From the NCBI GenBank assembly GCA_044356525.1, contig JBIKVZ010000002.1, forward strand, positions 2,612 through 66,611: a stretch of DNA of 64,000 bases, given 5' to 3'. Below the pieces are notes generated by a model. The model was not told the origin of the DNA. It saw only the letters and a program-made list of their open reading frames with translations, and did not search any database. Below, one piece after another: positions 51,051 through 59,557 of the stretch. The DNA is from Rickettsiales bacterium (GTDB lineage Bacteria > Pseudomonadota > Alphaproteobacteria > Rickettsiales > RGZB01). The first letter of the stretch is position 1. Each line of letters starts with the position of its first letter. The translations under genes and the position numbers were made by a program.

Positions 51051-51108
51051 GCTGTAGGTGTATGTCTTTGGAGGCTATTGTCCGAGCCGGTTACTTAATT
51101 CAGAAGCA
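51051..51108 (+). repeat. relic of the island left-end sequence (repeat G; partner F at 46506-46583)
   Basis: GCTGTAGGTGTATGTCTTTGGAGG ... CTATTGTCCGAGCCGGT aligns with GCTGTAGGTAGATGTCTTTGGAGG-[27-nt insert]-CTATCGTCCAGCCGGT at 46506-46583. Confidence 0.7.
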
Positions 51109-51121
51109 TTCTTTTAAAATC

Positions 51122-51214
51122 GACCCCGTACCCGACTTTTCAAAGTCTGAACCAATACAACTAGCTACCTCTCCGGAAATTTTTTTGTTTTTCACGCAAC
51201 CACCGATGCCTCAC
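51122..51214 (+). repeat. ~92-nt imperfect direct repeat A (partner B at 57541-57632)
   Basis: CCCGACTTTT.AA.G...AATACAAC...CTC.C..GAAATTTTT..TTTTT..ACGCAACC.C.GATGCC is shared in the same order and orientation. Confidence 0.75.
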
Positions 51215-51570
51215 CTAGATATATATAGGGGTTAATAAAGGTAAACCTATCTTCTCTGTTGTGGCTTGTCGAGGGTTGTTGAAATATCCGCATTCATACG
51301 CCAACTTCATTAATTACTTCTTAACCTTTTTATGGTTCAATCTATCGGTTAACAATACTAAGTTGGCGTTTTGGCTTAAGAGTACACTTTCAATAACTTG
51401 ATAGCCTTTGCATTAGGCGCAAGTGGAGAAAAAGGAGAGAGCTTTATGCAAGCGAATGTCTTTGGAGTGACTACTGAAGTGGCGAAAAGTGGCGAATGTG
51501 CTGTTCTTACAGTCTTTGCGAGGGATGATTTTTAGAATTTCTGCAATAAAAAATACAGGATACTAATCGC

Positions 51571-53403
51571 ATGCTACATATTAAAACACACCAAACCCAT
51601 TCCGACATTTGTAAAGCCGCCGCACTACAAATCGCTGCAGCGATAAAGGCAAAACCAAATCTGGTACTCGGTCTTGCGACCGGCAATACGATGGAACCGC
51701 TTTATAACGAACTGGTGCGGATGCACGCCGAAAGGGAAGTGGCTTTCTCGCAAGTCCAGTTTTTCAATCTCGACGAATATAAGGACCTGAGCACCGACGA
51801 CCTGCGTTCGTTTAACCATTACCTAAAAACCTTGTTTCTGGATAAAATCGGGGTGCGGGCGGAACAGATCCATCTAGTGCAGGGAACAGATTTCGACCCT
51901 AAGGCCTATGAAGCGACGATTCGTGAGGCAGGTGGTATCGATATTCAGCTTGTGGGTGTTGGCGGTACCGGCCATATCGGTTTCAACGAAAAAGGCTCGA
52001 CTCTTGATTCCTTGACGCGCGAGATTGAACTTGACGATCGCACCCGCGAAGACAATGCCGGTTCCTGCGGTGGTAAGAAGAATGTGCCGACTCACGCCTA
52101 CACGCAAGGCATCGGCACCATCATGCGCGCCAATCAAATCATCATGCTCGGCAATGGTGGGCATAAGGCGCAAGTGGTGCACGATATGTTGATCAATGGC
52201 GACAATATCGAACAACTGCCTGCACGCGCGTTGATGCGCCACCAGGACACGACCATTTATCTGGACGAGCCTGCGACGGAATTGTTGACGAAAGAACAGC
52301 TAATGCAGTTTGGCAACATGACTGATACTCAGGCACGCAACTTCCGCTGCAAGTTCGATCCTATCGTGATCGAGCTGGATGAGGGAAAGAGACTGACTCT
52401 GCCTTATAACGCCGATATTTTTATTCCCGGCGCCATGGAAGTGGACAAAAAATTTGATGTAGGCAATGCCATGCATTTAACGGCGCTGAAGACGATGCTG
52501 AAAAACGTCAAATCCACCTACATGGGCGCGCATCAGGATGATACCGAAATTGAAGTGCCGCATGAGATTGAAAGAAACCTCGCTGAGCAGAAAAAGCATC
52601 CGCCGGAGCCGAGCAGTTTCCTGTCTATCATCGCGACCGACGGTGCTGCCTACACCACCGCCCTGAAGCGCGAAGGAAAATTTGCCAACATCACGCCCGA
52701 AGGGCTGATTGAAATGCGAAAGCGCGAACAACGTGTGGCCGCAGAAGAAGGTAAGTTCGCGGTGATCCAGCTGCAATATCCGTCGGCTTCGGTCAAAGGG
52801 CAGGTCAGTAAGGACAAATCGAAAGAGATTGTCAATCATATGAAATCGCTCTATGATGCGTTGCCTAACCACCAGACGGCTTACAGCCACGCGCCGGTCG
52901 ATACGCACGAAACCCATGTGGCGGTACTGACGCTGGCGGCTCAGGCGTTACGCTTGGCCGAGAAAAAGCCGGAAAAGCTTTTTGGTATGGAAGGTTGGGG
53001 TGAGCTTGGAATTGGCGACACTACCTTCTCCGTGGACAATCCTGAATTGGTGGGCCAATTGCTGCGCTGCTACGAATCGCAGATTGCCATGCAAAAACGT
53101 CCGTATGATGAGATTGCCGTGGCGCGTATTCGTGGTAACGGGTTCATGGGTGATCACCACGCCGAAGCGAAAAAAGGGGGGATGGTGATTGGTATCGTCC
53201 TTTCTCGGGCGATTTCCGTAGAAGATCCGGTGTCGCTGAAAGAAATCGTCGGCGAGGCGATGCAGAATTTGAAAGCAAGGTCACTGGGCATGCTTTCGAA
53301 CTTTGCTGCACCTGGAAGTATCGAGGAAGCCTCCAATGGCAAGTGGGTTGGTTCAACAGGGATTGGGGCTGGGGCTATTAGCAAAGTTTCAACCCAGAGG
53401 TAG
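51571..53403 (+). CDS. NagB-like glucosamine-6-phosphate deaminase domain fused to an LmbE/PIG-L-like deacetylase domain
   Basis: 610 aa. The N-terminal ~250 aa have NagB/6-PGL motifs (GLATGNTMEPLY, FNLDEY, GVGGTGHIGFNE). The C-terminal half has PIG-L-type motifs (GAHQDDTEI, DTHETHVAV, CYESQI). Confidence 0.75.
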   Translation: MLHIKTHQTHSDICKAAALQIAAAIKAKPNLVLGLATGNTMEPLYNELVRMHAEREVAFSQVQFFNLDEYKDLSTDDLRSFNHYLKTLFLDKIGVRAEQIHLVQGTDFDPKAYEATIREAGGIDIQLVGVGGTGHIGFNEKGSTLDSLTREIELDDRTREDNAGSCGGKKNVPTHAYTQGIGTIMRANQIIMLGNGGHKAQVVHDMLINGDNIEQLPARALMRHQDTTIYLDEPATELLTKEQLMQFGNMTDTQARNFRCKFDPIVIELDEGKRLTLPYNADIFIPGAMEVDKKFDVGNAMHLTALKTMLKNVKSTYMGAHQDDTEIEVPHEIERNLAEQKKHPPEPSSFLSIIATDGAAYTTALKREGKFANITPEGLIEMRKREQRVAAEEGKFAVIQLQYPSASVKGQVSKDKSKEIVNHMKSLYDALPNHQTAYSHAPVDTHETHVAVLTLAAQALRLAEKKPEKLFGMEGWGELGIGDTTFSVDNPELVGQLLRCYESQIAMQKRPYDEIAVARIRGNGFMGDHHAEAKKGGMVIGIVLSRAISVEDPVSLKEIVGEAMQNLKARSLGMLSNFAAPGSIEEASNGKWVGSTGIGAGAISKVSTQR

Positions 53404-53486
53404 CCGTTGTCCTGCCCCCCCCCTCTATAATTGGTTCAGATTTAATCGTTGTATTATTGAGGTGAATACACCTTAAAGGAGGGAAG

Positions 53487-53984
53487 ATGCGTACCGATCC
53501 CAAACAATTCAGAGAAGATGATCGCTCTCCCGCCGAATTAGCCAAGGCCATTCTCGATCATGAGTTTTCTCCGCCAGGAGATACGTCATCTAGATGGACG
53601 TTTCGCGAGCAATGGCTATGCGATGGTTTTTCCGATGATCCCGATAATAAGGTACATGAATTGACTGTAGGTGTAGTATCCGCGCTGAAGTTGATTGAAG
53701 ACGGTATTTCACTTGGCATGAGAGAAAAGAAAGATTTTTCCGCTACGCTTGAAGTCCTGCATGCGTATCGACAAGAGAGCCTAGATCTACGTCCACATAA
53801 TATAAAGGGATCCAGGGTTGAAGGCTTGTCGCATACGGAAGAGCAAATGCGCGATAATGCCGACCGTGCTGGCGGTAAGTCGGTGGAAATGATGAATTGC
53901 GACCGCATTGAGAAATTGGTGCGGCAATTAGGGCGCAAGCTTTGCATCCAGCTGACAGAACCTGGCCAAGGCCTCAACTCTTAA
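53487..53984 (+). CDS. hypothetical protein (165 aa)
   Basis: ORF with a plausible RBS (AAGGAGGGAAG upstream). No family recognised. Confidence 0.5.
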   Translation: MRTDPKQFREDDRSPAELAKAILDHEFSPPGDTSSRWTFREQWLCDGFSDDPDNKVHELTVGVVSALKLIEDGISLGMREKKDFSATLEVLHAYRQESLDLRPHNIKGSRVEGLSHTEEQMRDNADRAGGKSVEMMNCDRIEKLVRQLGRKLCIQLTEPGQGLNS

Positions 53985-54072
53985 CAGCTTAACCGCGTCA
54001 ACCGGAAAGCTAATTGCTGGGTGGCTTATCTGATTGGCAAAAGCGGAGGGGGTTTGTGCCAATAAATAATGG

Positions 54073-54212
54073 TGTTCCACTCTCTAGGGGGTGGAACAGT
54101 GGAACAGGGCAAGGCGACCCCACTCAGGTCATTGGCAAATAAGGTTTTATCTGGCGAGGTGGCTGTTCCACAGCATCAGCATACATGGAACACGGAACGG
54201 AACAGTGTTCCA
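54073..54212. repeat. cluster of eight GGAACA/TGTTCC motifs (hairpins, a tandem 8-mer and a palindrome)
   Basis: TGTTCCAC-N10-GTGGAACA-GTGGAACA (54073-54106), TGTTCCAC-N14-TGGAACA (54164-54192), and GGAAC-GGAACA-G-TGTTCCA (54194-54212). Confidence 0.8.
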
Positions 54213-54482
54213 TCTGTCTGAGACAACACCAGCGCTTTAGATAAAACGCCCTCTCCAAGGGTTGTGGCTGCCCTTCTCCGTGCGCCCTAAGCCGCACATA
54301 ATTTGTGGTTAAAGAAGGCCAATAGCACCTTGGATAAGGGGGCACTTTTTGGGGATTCCCGGAAGAGATAGTATCCTAAGCCATCTCTTTTCGTCTATTG
54401 CCAACTGGTGGCACCTTGGGGGTACTTACTAAATATGTTTGGCGATCTTGTTTCTGATTTCTATCTATGTATTCTGAATTTT

Positions 54483-55187
54483 ATGAAAATTATCACTTGG
54501 AATTGTAATGGTGCATTTAGAAAAAAGTATCACCTAATTGAAAAGTTAGGTGCTGATATTCTTGTGGTTCAAGAATGTGAGGACCCTTCAAGAGTTGAGG
54601 GCGACTATAAGGACTGGGCTCAAAACTACCTTTGGATTGGTGCAAATAAAAATAAGGGGCTTGGAGTATTCGCAAAAAATCACATTAATCTGAAGAGATT
54701 GGACTTGAATGATGATGGTTTGCAATTATTTCTACCATGCAGAATAAATGGATCCTTTAACTTGATTGCGGTATGGACCAAGCAGGCAAATTCACCGAAT
54801 TTTCGTTACATAGGCCAACTTTGGAAATATTTGCAGTTACATAAAGATAGAATCGCAGCAGATAAGGTAATTATTTGCGGAGATTTTAACAGCAATGTCC
54901 AATGGGATGAATGGGATAGATGGTGGAATCACAGTGACGTAGTTCGAGAATTACAAGATATTAATATATACAGCCTTTATCACGAGCTGACTGGTGAGAA
55001 ACAAGGCCTAGAAAGCATGCCAACTCTTTTCATGCATCGCAAATTGGAAAGGGCGTATCATATAGATTATGCCTTTGCTTCAAAAAGATTATTTGATCTT
55101 GAGATAAATACAATTGAAATTGGAAAGCCGGAAATATGGCTGGAATACAGCGATCATATGCCCGTTGTATTCACGGTTAGTGAATAA
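54483..55187 (+). CDS. endonuclease/exonuclease/phosphatase (EEP, ExoIII-like) family protein
   Basis: 234 aa from the ATG at 54483. Motifs are MKIITWNCNG, VVQE, CGDFN and SDHMPV. Confidence 0.82.
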   Translation: MKIITWNCNGAFRKKYHLIEKLGADILVVQECEDPSRVEGDYKDWAQNYLWIGANKNKGLGVFAKNHINLKRLDLNDDGLQLFLPCRINGSFNLIAVWTKQANSPNFRYIGQLWKYLQLHKDRIAADKVIICGDFNSNVQWDEWDRWWNHSDVVRELQDINIYSLYHELTGEKQGLESMPTLFMHRKLERAYHIDYAFASKRLFDLEINTIEIGKPEIWLEYSDHMPVVFTVSE

Positions 55188-55236
55188 CTAAACCTGATAT
55201 GGTATTAATTTAAGCAAATAAACATAGAGGATTTAG

Positions 55237-55587
55237 ATGTCATCTATTTCAGTTTTAATGCAAAAAGTAATACATTTTCGTGACGAAAGAGACTGGGAAC
55301 AATTCCATAATCCAAAAGACGTGGCTTTATCTCTAGTTCTCGAGGCCGCAGAAGTGATGGAACACTTTCAGTGGAAGAGCGCAGATGAAATAAAAAACCA
55401 TGTCAAAAATCACAAGGAAGAGATCGGCGAAGAGCTGGCGGATGTATTTTATTGGATTCTATTAATGGCCCATGACCTAAAAATAGACCTAGGGAGCGCA
55501 GTAGAAAAAAAGCTAGCTAAAAATGCAGAGAAGTACCCTATTGATAAGGCAAAAGGCTCACATAAAAAATACACAAAAATTAAATAG
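55237..55587 (+). CDS. MazG-like nucleotide pyrophosphohydrolase
   Basis: 116 aa, all-alpha. The EExxE-type metal motifs are LVLEAAEVMEHFQW and IGEELADVFYWILLMA. Confidence 0.78.
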   Translation: MSSISVLMQKVIHFRDERDWEQFHNPKDVALSLVLEAAEVMEHFQWKSADEIKNHVKNHKEEIGEELADVFYWILLMAHDLKIDLGSAVEKKLAKNAEKYPIDKAKGSHKKYTKIK

Positions 55588-55600
55588 AGAGCACCAAACA

Positions 55601-57457
55601 ATGATTGTCTATCAGAGTGAGAAGAGACAGTTCATTGAGGATGTCGTATCTAATTCAATTGAAAAAAAGATTCTTAGTCAGTTTCAGCTAAAGCTAAACA
55701 GAACCACCACTGCGAAGGAGATTAATTCATGGAAAAATTCCATGATGTATATGCAGAATATTCTAATGGATACCGATATTCCAGAAACTTGCGGCGTCGC
55801 TATTGAATATAAAATTCCTCTCACATCTAAGCGTGTAGACTTTATTCTATCTGGAACAAGTGAGGAAAAAGAAGGCTTAGCCATTATTATTGAGCTAAAG
55901 CAGTGGAGTGATGCAAAAAAGACTGATCGTGATGGAATCGTTATCAGTTTTATTGGGGGGCGAGAACGCGAGCTTAGCCACCCTTCTTATCAAGCCTGGT
56001 CTTACGCGGCGATTATCCGAGATTTTAATGAAGCAGTGTATAATGCAAACATACCGATTCATCCCTGCGCGTACCTTCATAACTTTGAGACGAGTAAGGA
56101 TATTTTTAACGACTCCTTCTATAAGGAATATACTGAAAAAGCTCCGGTGTTTTTAAGGGAAGATGCTCTTAAGCTACGTGCCTTTATCAAGCGCCACGTC
56201 AAACATGGTGATAGCGGCGATACCATCTACAAGATAGATTCCGGAAGAATTAGGCCCTCAAAATCATTGGCGGATAAAGTTTCTTCGCTACTTAAGGGCA
56301 ATCAAGAATTTGTCATGATCGATGACCAAAAGGTCGTTTTTGAGGCCGTGCTTTCTTATACGCGGCTACCCAATAAGAAGAAAACAGTCATCATCGTGGA
56401 TGGTGGACCAGGTACTGGGAAGACCGTGGTTGCAATGAATTTACTATCGAAACTACTTAATGAAGGAAAAAACGCACAATATGTGACCAAAAACTCAGCA
56501 CCACGAAGTGTGTATGAGGCAAAGCTGGTTGCAGATTTCAAAAAAAGTGCCATATCCAACCTTTTCAGTGGCTCAGGGGCTTATACCGCAACAGAGCCTA
56601 ATACTTTTGATATTTTAATTGTAGATGAGGCACACAGGCTAAATGAAAAATCTGGCATGTTTCAAAACTTAGGTGAGAACCAGGTAAAAGAGCTTATTAA
56701 TTCATCATCTCATACTGTATTTTTTATTGATGAGAACCAAAAAGTTTCCCTCAAGGACATTGGCACAAAAGAAGAAATTGAGAAATGGGCGGGGATTCTA
56801 AATGCAGATGTTGTACACCTTGAATTAGCCTCGCAATTCAGATGCAATGGATCTGACGGATATATTGCATGGTTAGATAACACACTGCAAATTAAGGAAA
56901 CAGCCAATGAAACGCTAGAGGGTATTGATTATGATTTTCGCATAGTTTCTAGCCCCTCGGAACTTCGTGATTTGATAGTTGAGAAAAATAAAATCAATAA
57001 TCGCGCACGCCTTGTGGCGGGGTATTGTTGGGATTGGAAAAGCAAAAAAGATCACAATGCTTATGACATCGTTTTTCATGAATTTAATTTTCAAATGAGA
57101 TGGAATCTTACAGACGATGGAATGTTATGGATTATGAAGAAAGAATCCGTCGACCAGGTTGGCTGTATACATACCTGTCAAGGGCTCGAGCTTGATTATG
57201 TGGGCGTGATAATTGGCGATGATATGACCTACACTAATGGAGCTGTTCAGACCAATGTACTTAAACGATCAACAAATGACTCCACTATAAAAGGTTACAA
57301 AAAGCTTCTCAGGGAAAAGCCTATAGATGGAGCTCGCCAATTAGATGTGCTCATTAAGAATACATATCGCACCTTAATGACTCGTGGCATGAAGGGATGC
57401 TACGTTTATTGTGTAGACAAAGGATTAGAGGACTATCTTAGAAAGAAGTTGGAATAG
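55601..57457 (+). CDS. PD-(D/E)xK nuclease-like N-domain fused to a DUF2075-type (Schlafen-helicase-like) P-loop ATPase
   Basis: 618 aa from the ATG at 55601. The N-terminus has E69...D80 (RVDF)...E98-L-K100 (IIIELK). Walker A is GGPGTGKT (268-275) and Walker B is IVDEAHR (340-346). The C-terminal ...TRGMKGCYVYC is typical of DUF2075 proteins. Confidence 0.75.
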   Translation: MIVYQSEKRQFIEDVVSNSIEKKILSQFQLKLNRTTTAKEINSWKNSMMYMQNILMDTDIPETCGVAIEYKIPLTSKRVDFILSGTSEEKEGLAIIIELKQWSDAKKTDRDGIVISFIGGRERELSHPSYQAWSYAAIIRDFNEAVYNANIPIHPCAYLHNFETSKDIFNDSFYKEYTEKAPVFLREDALKLRAFIKRHVKHGDSGDTIYKIDSGRIRPSKSLADKVSSLLKGNQEFVMIDDQKVVFEAVLSYTRLPNKKKTVIIVDGGPGTGKTVVAMNLLSKLLNEGKNAQYVTKNSAPRSVYEAKLVADFKKSAISNLFSGSGAYTATEPNTFDILIVDEAHRLNEKSGMFQNLGENQVKELINSSSHTVFFIDENQKVSLKDIGTKEEIEKWAGILNADVVHLELASQFRCNGSDGYIAWLDNTLQIKETANETLEGIDYDFRIVSSPSELRDLIVEKNKINNRARLVAGYCWDWKSKKDHNAYDIVFHEFNFQMRWNLTDDGMLWIMKKESVDQVGCIHTCQGLELDYVGVIIGDDMTYTNGAVQTNVLKRSTNDSTIKGYKKLLREKPIDGARQLDVLIKNTYRTLMTRGMKGCYVYCVDKGLEDYLRKKLE

Positions 57458-57540
57458 AGTACCCATCCAAAGCAGAGACTCTGGGGCTCTTATGGGAGGG
57501 GGTGCTTTTCTAGATATGGGATGGAGATATCCTAACAACC

Positions 57541-57632
57541 ACCCCACCCCGACTTTTTAAGCTCAGCGTTAATACAACCCACCCTCTCACCAGAAATTTT
57601 TAATTTTTTGTACGCAACCGCTGATGCCGCAG
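57541..57632 (+). repeat. ~92-nt imperfect direct repeat B (partner A at 51122-51214)
   Basis: See repeat A. It lies between the convergent stops of the DUF2075 gene and the PLD nuclease gene. Confidence 0.75.
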
Positions 57633-57634
57633 AA

Positions 57635-58156
57635 CTAATACTTCGGCTTATACTCCTCAGCCTCATCCCAGAGCTTATTCCAATTATCTAGATACTTCTT
57701 GGCGAGTTCTTGGGTGTCTTTGATAACCAAAACATTCTCTGCGTTCTTCTTTTCAGCAGCCTTTGAATAGTTAAAGCTACCCTGCTGCACATCCTTGCCG
57801 TCAATGACCATGTATTTGTTGTGCATGATGGCGTACTTATCATTGATGCGGGTGGGCACCCCCATGTTCGCCAAGAAGGTTGCAGATGTGTATTTTGCTG
57901 TTCTTTGGCTTTTATCCAGAACGACCTTAACATCCACCCCTTTTTTGTGGGCCTCCACTAAGGCCTTTGCTATGGGCTCAGAGGTGAACGAATAGGCTGC
58001 GACCCTGATGCTTACCTGTGCCGCAGAAATGGTCTGTACTATAAGCTCTGTGCCACCTCCATTGGGGGAGAATGCAACCTTATAGCCAACATCCGCTCCG
58101 AAGGCTGCAGGGGCACTAAAAGCAATCAACAGAATTAGTATTCGAATGTATTTCAT
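57635..58156 (-). CDS. secreted phospholipase-D-family endonuclease (Nuc-like)
   Basis: 173 aa with a signal peptide (MKYIRILILLIAFSAPAAFG) and a single HKD motif (HNKYMVIDGKDVQQGSFNYS). The size is as in plasmid Nuc nucleases. Confidence 0.85.
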   Translation of the reverse strand: MKYIRILILLIAFSAPAAFGADVGYKVAFSPNGGGTELIVQTISAAQVSIRVAAYSFTSEPIAKALVEAHKKGVDVKVVLDKSQRTAKYTSATFLANMGVPTRINDKYAIMHNKYMVIDGKDVQQGSFNYSKAAEKKNAENVLVIKDTQELAKKYLDNWNKLWDEAEEYKPKY

Positions 58157-58215
58157 GCGCGTTTCAGTATGGCGTATCTGGCTATAATTATCACCAGATA
58201 CGCCTGTTTACGTAA

Positions 58216-59550
58216 TCAAGTCAACTTTCTTGCAAAGCAAAGACCGTCTTGCGTACTGATAGTATTTTTTAATTTTAGGTTGATGACATACTCATAGACT
58301 TGTTCATAAGGCTCTGAACTTTTACTAATACGCTCTTTCTTGATCCAGGCATAATCTTCAGCATTGCCTTTTATTAGACCGTTTTTTAACAGATAATCAG
58401 AATAATCAAGGCCGTGAAGAGTGGGTTGTATTTTCCAATTCTTTATATCTTGGATTCTATCAATGAACTCAGAATCAGTGCCGAATAGAGAACTGGGTGA
58501 GTAAAGGAAAGGAGTTGCAAAGAGACCTTCGTCTATCAGCTGCCTTATCTGCTTATCGTATGAGACAATATTGGAGGCCGGGATCCTGAATTTACTAAGT
58601 TGAAGATTTACATTTGGATGATTTCTGTGGTTATAAAAACAAACATTCCCACACTTAAATTTTAAAGCATCCTCTAGCTTTATTCTTTCGCAATTCAGGC
58701 TATCAAAGCTAAAGCCAAAACTGTAGATATCTTTAGCTTTATAGAGTGCATCTTGAATCTCTTTTAAATTATGATCATCTTCATGAGTAATCCGGATACT
58801 TTCTGCTGATTCCACCACTTGTCTTCCGAAGATTCTAAAATTGTTTTCTCCACGCACAATGGGCCTGAATTTAACCTCCCCGTATACATGAAGTATTTTT
58901 ACATAATCTCTATAATCTACCCCTTTAAAAAGCTCAGAATGTTTATTGAAGTTGCTCTCAAGATAAATCTCTAAGGAGGTATCATAGTTGAAGGTAATAA
59001 CTGTTAGCTGATCCTTTATTAAATCATCTCCAGAATTTGCACCTTTCTTTATTTGCTGTATTAAACGCCCGTACCAGCCACTTTCATTAGATGGCGATAT
59101 CTTTGGATTATAATCTACATTATTTTCCTGAAAAGATTTTTTACATGCCAGATGCCTAAGAATTTCCAATGCTATATACAGCTTACCTATTTTTTGCTGG
59201 CCTGGATTTTCTCGAAGAAAAGCGTCAATACTCCGATGTTGGTCAATAGTAGCTTCTAAGCCCTTAAGTAGATTGGTGTGAAAATTAGCCTGCTTATAGG
59301 CTTGTATTGCCGCATTTTCCTCATTGTCATGAGAGCTTCCCCATAAGTAACTGATAAGGGCCTGGTATGGATGTAATCCAAAATCATTTTCTTTTCTTTT
59401 TTCGGCCCATGGGGCGCCTGTTATTATTTCATCAAGTTTTAATGTTCTTAGCCCATTTATGATGTTTTTTACTAAAGCGTCGCCAAGCGGAAAGTCGTAG
59501 TCCAGACTTGCTCCTGCGCCTAGTATTATGACTGTTGGCTCTGTAAACAT
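58216..59550 (-). CDS. SIR2-like (SIR2_2-type) domain protein with an uncharacterised C-terminal region
   Basis: 444 aa. The ordered motifs GAGAS (11-15), FNYD (187-190), HVYG (221-224) and FGFSFDS (278-284) parallel the ThsA/DSR SIR2 motifs (GAGxS, TTNYD, HG, GFSFxD). Confidence 0.7.
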   Translation of the reverse strand: MFTEPTVIILGAGASLDYDFPLGDALVKNIINGLRTLKLDEIITGAPWAEKRKENDFGLHPYQALISYLWGSSHDNEENAAIQAYKQANFHTNLLKGLEATIDQHRSIDAFLRENPGQQKIGKLYIALEILRHLACKKSFQENNVDYNPKISPSNESGWYGRLIQQIKKGANSGDDLIKDQLTVITFNYDTSLEIYLESNFNKHSELFKGVDYRDYVKILHVYGEVKFRPIVRGENNFRIFGRQVVESAESIRITHEDDHNLKEIQDALYKAKDIYSFGFSFDSLNCERIKLEDALKFKCGNVCFYNHRNHPNVNLQLSKFRIPASNIVSYDKQIRQLIDEGLFATPFLYSPSSLFGTDSEFIDRIQDIKNWKIQPTLHGLDYSDYLLKNGLIKGNAEDYAWIKKERISKSSEPYEQVYEYVINLKLKNTISTQDGLCFARKLT

Positions 59551-59557
59551 TATCTTC

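Noticed and set aside
54124-54345. 73-aa minus-strand ORF in the non-coding gap carrying the GGAACA array.
   Set aside because: It has no RBS, a Pro/Cys/Trp-rich improbable composition, and it spans the repeat array. It is likely non-coding.
54331-54380. Weak similarity of 54331-54380 to 57490-57540 (blocks GGGGG.GC.TTTT, GGA.GAGATA, TCCTAA), which would make repeat B a composite.
   Set aside because: Only short blocks align and gaps are needed. This is too weak to call without a scored alignment.
54406-54423. Sigma-54-like TGGCAC element upstream of the EEP gene.
   Set aside because: The -12 TTGC element at the required 5-nt spacing is absent (TGGCAC-CTTGG-GGGT).
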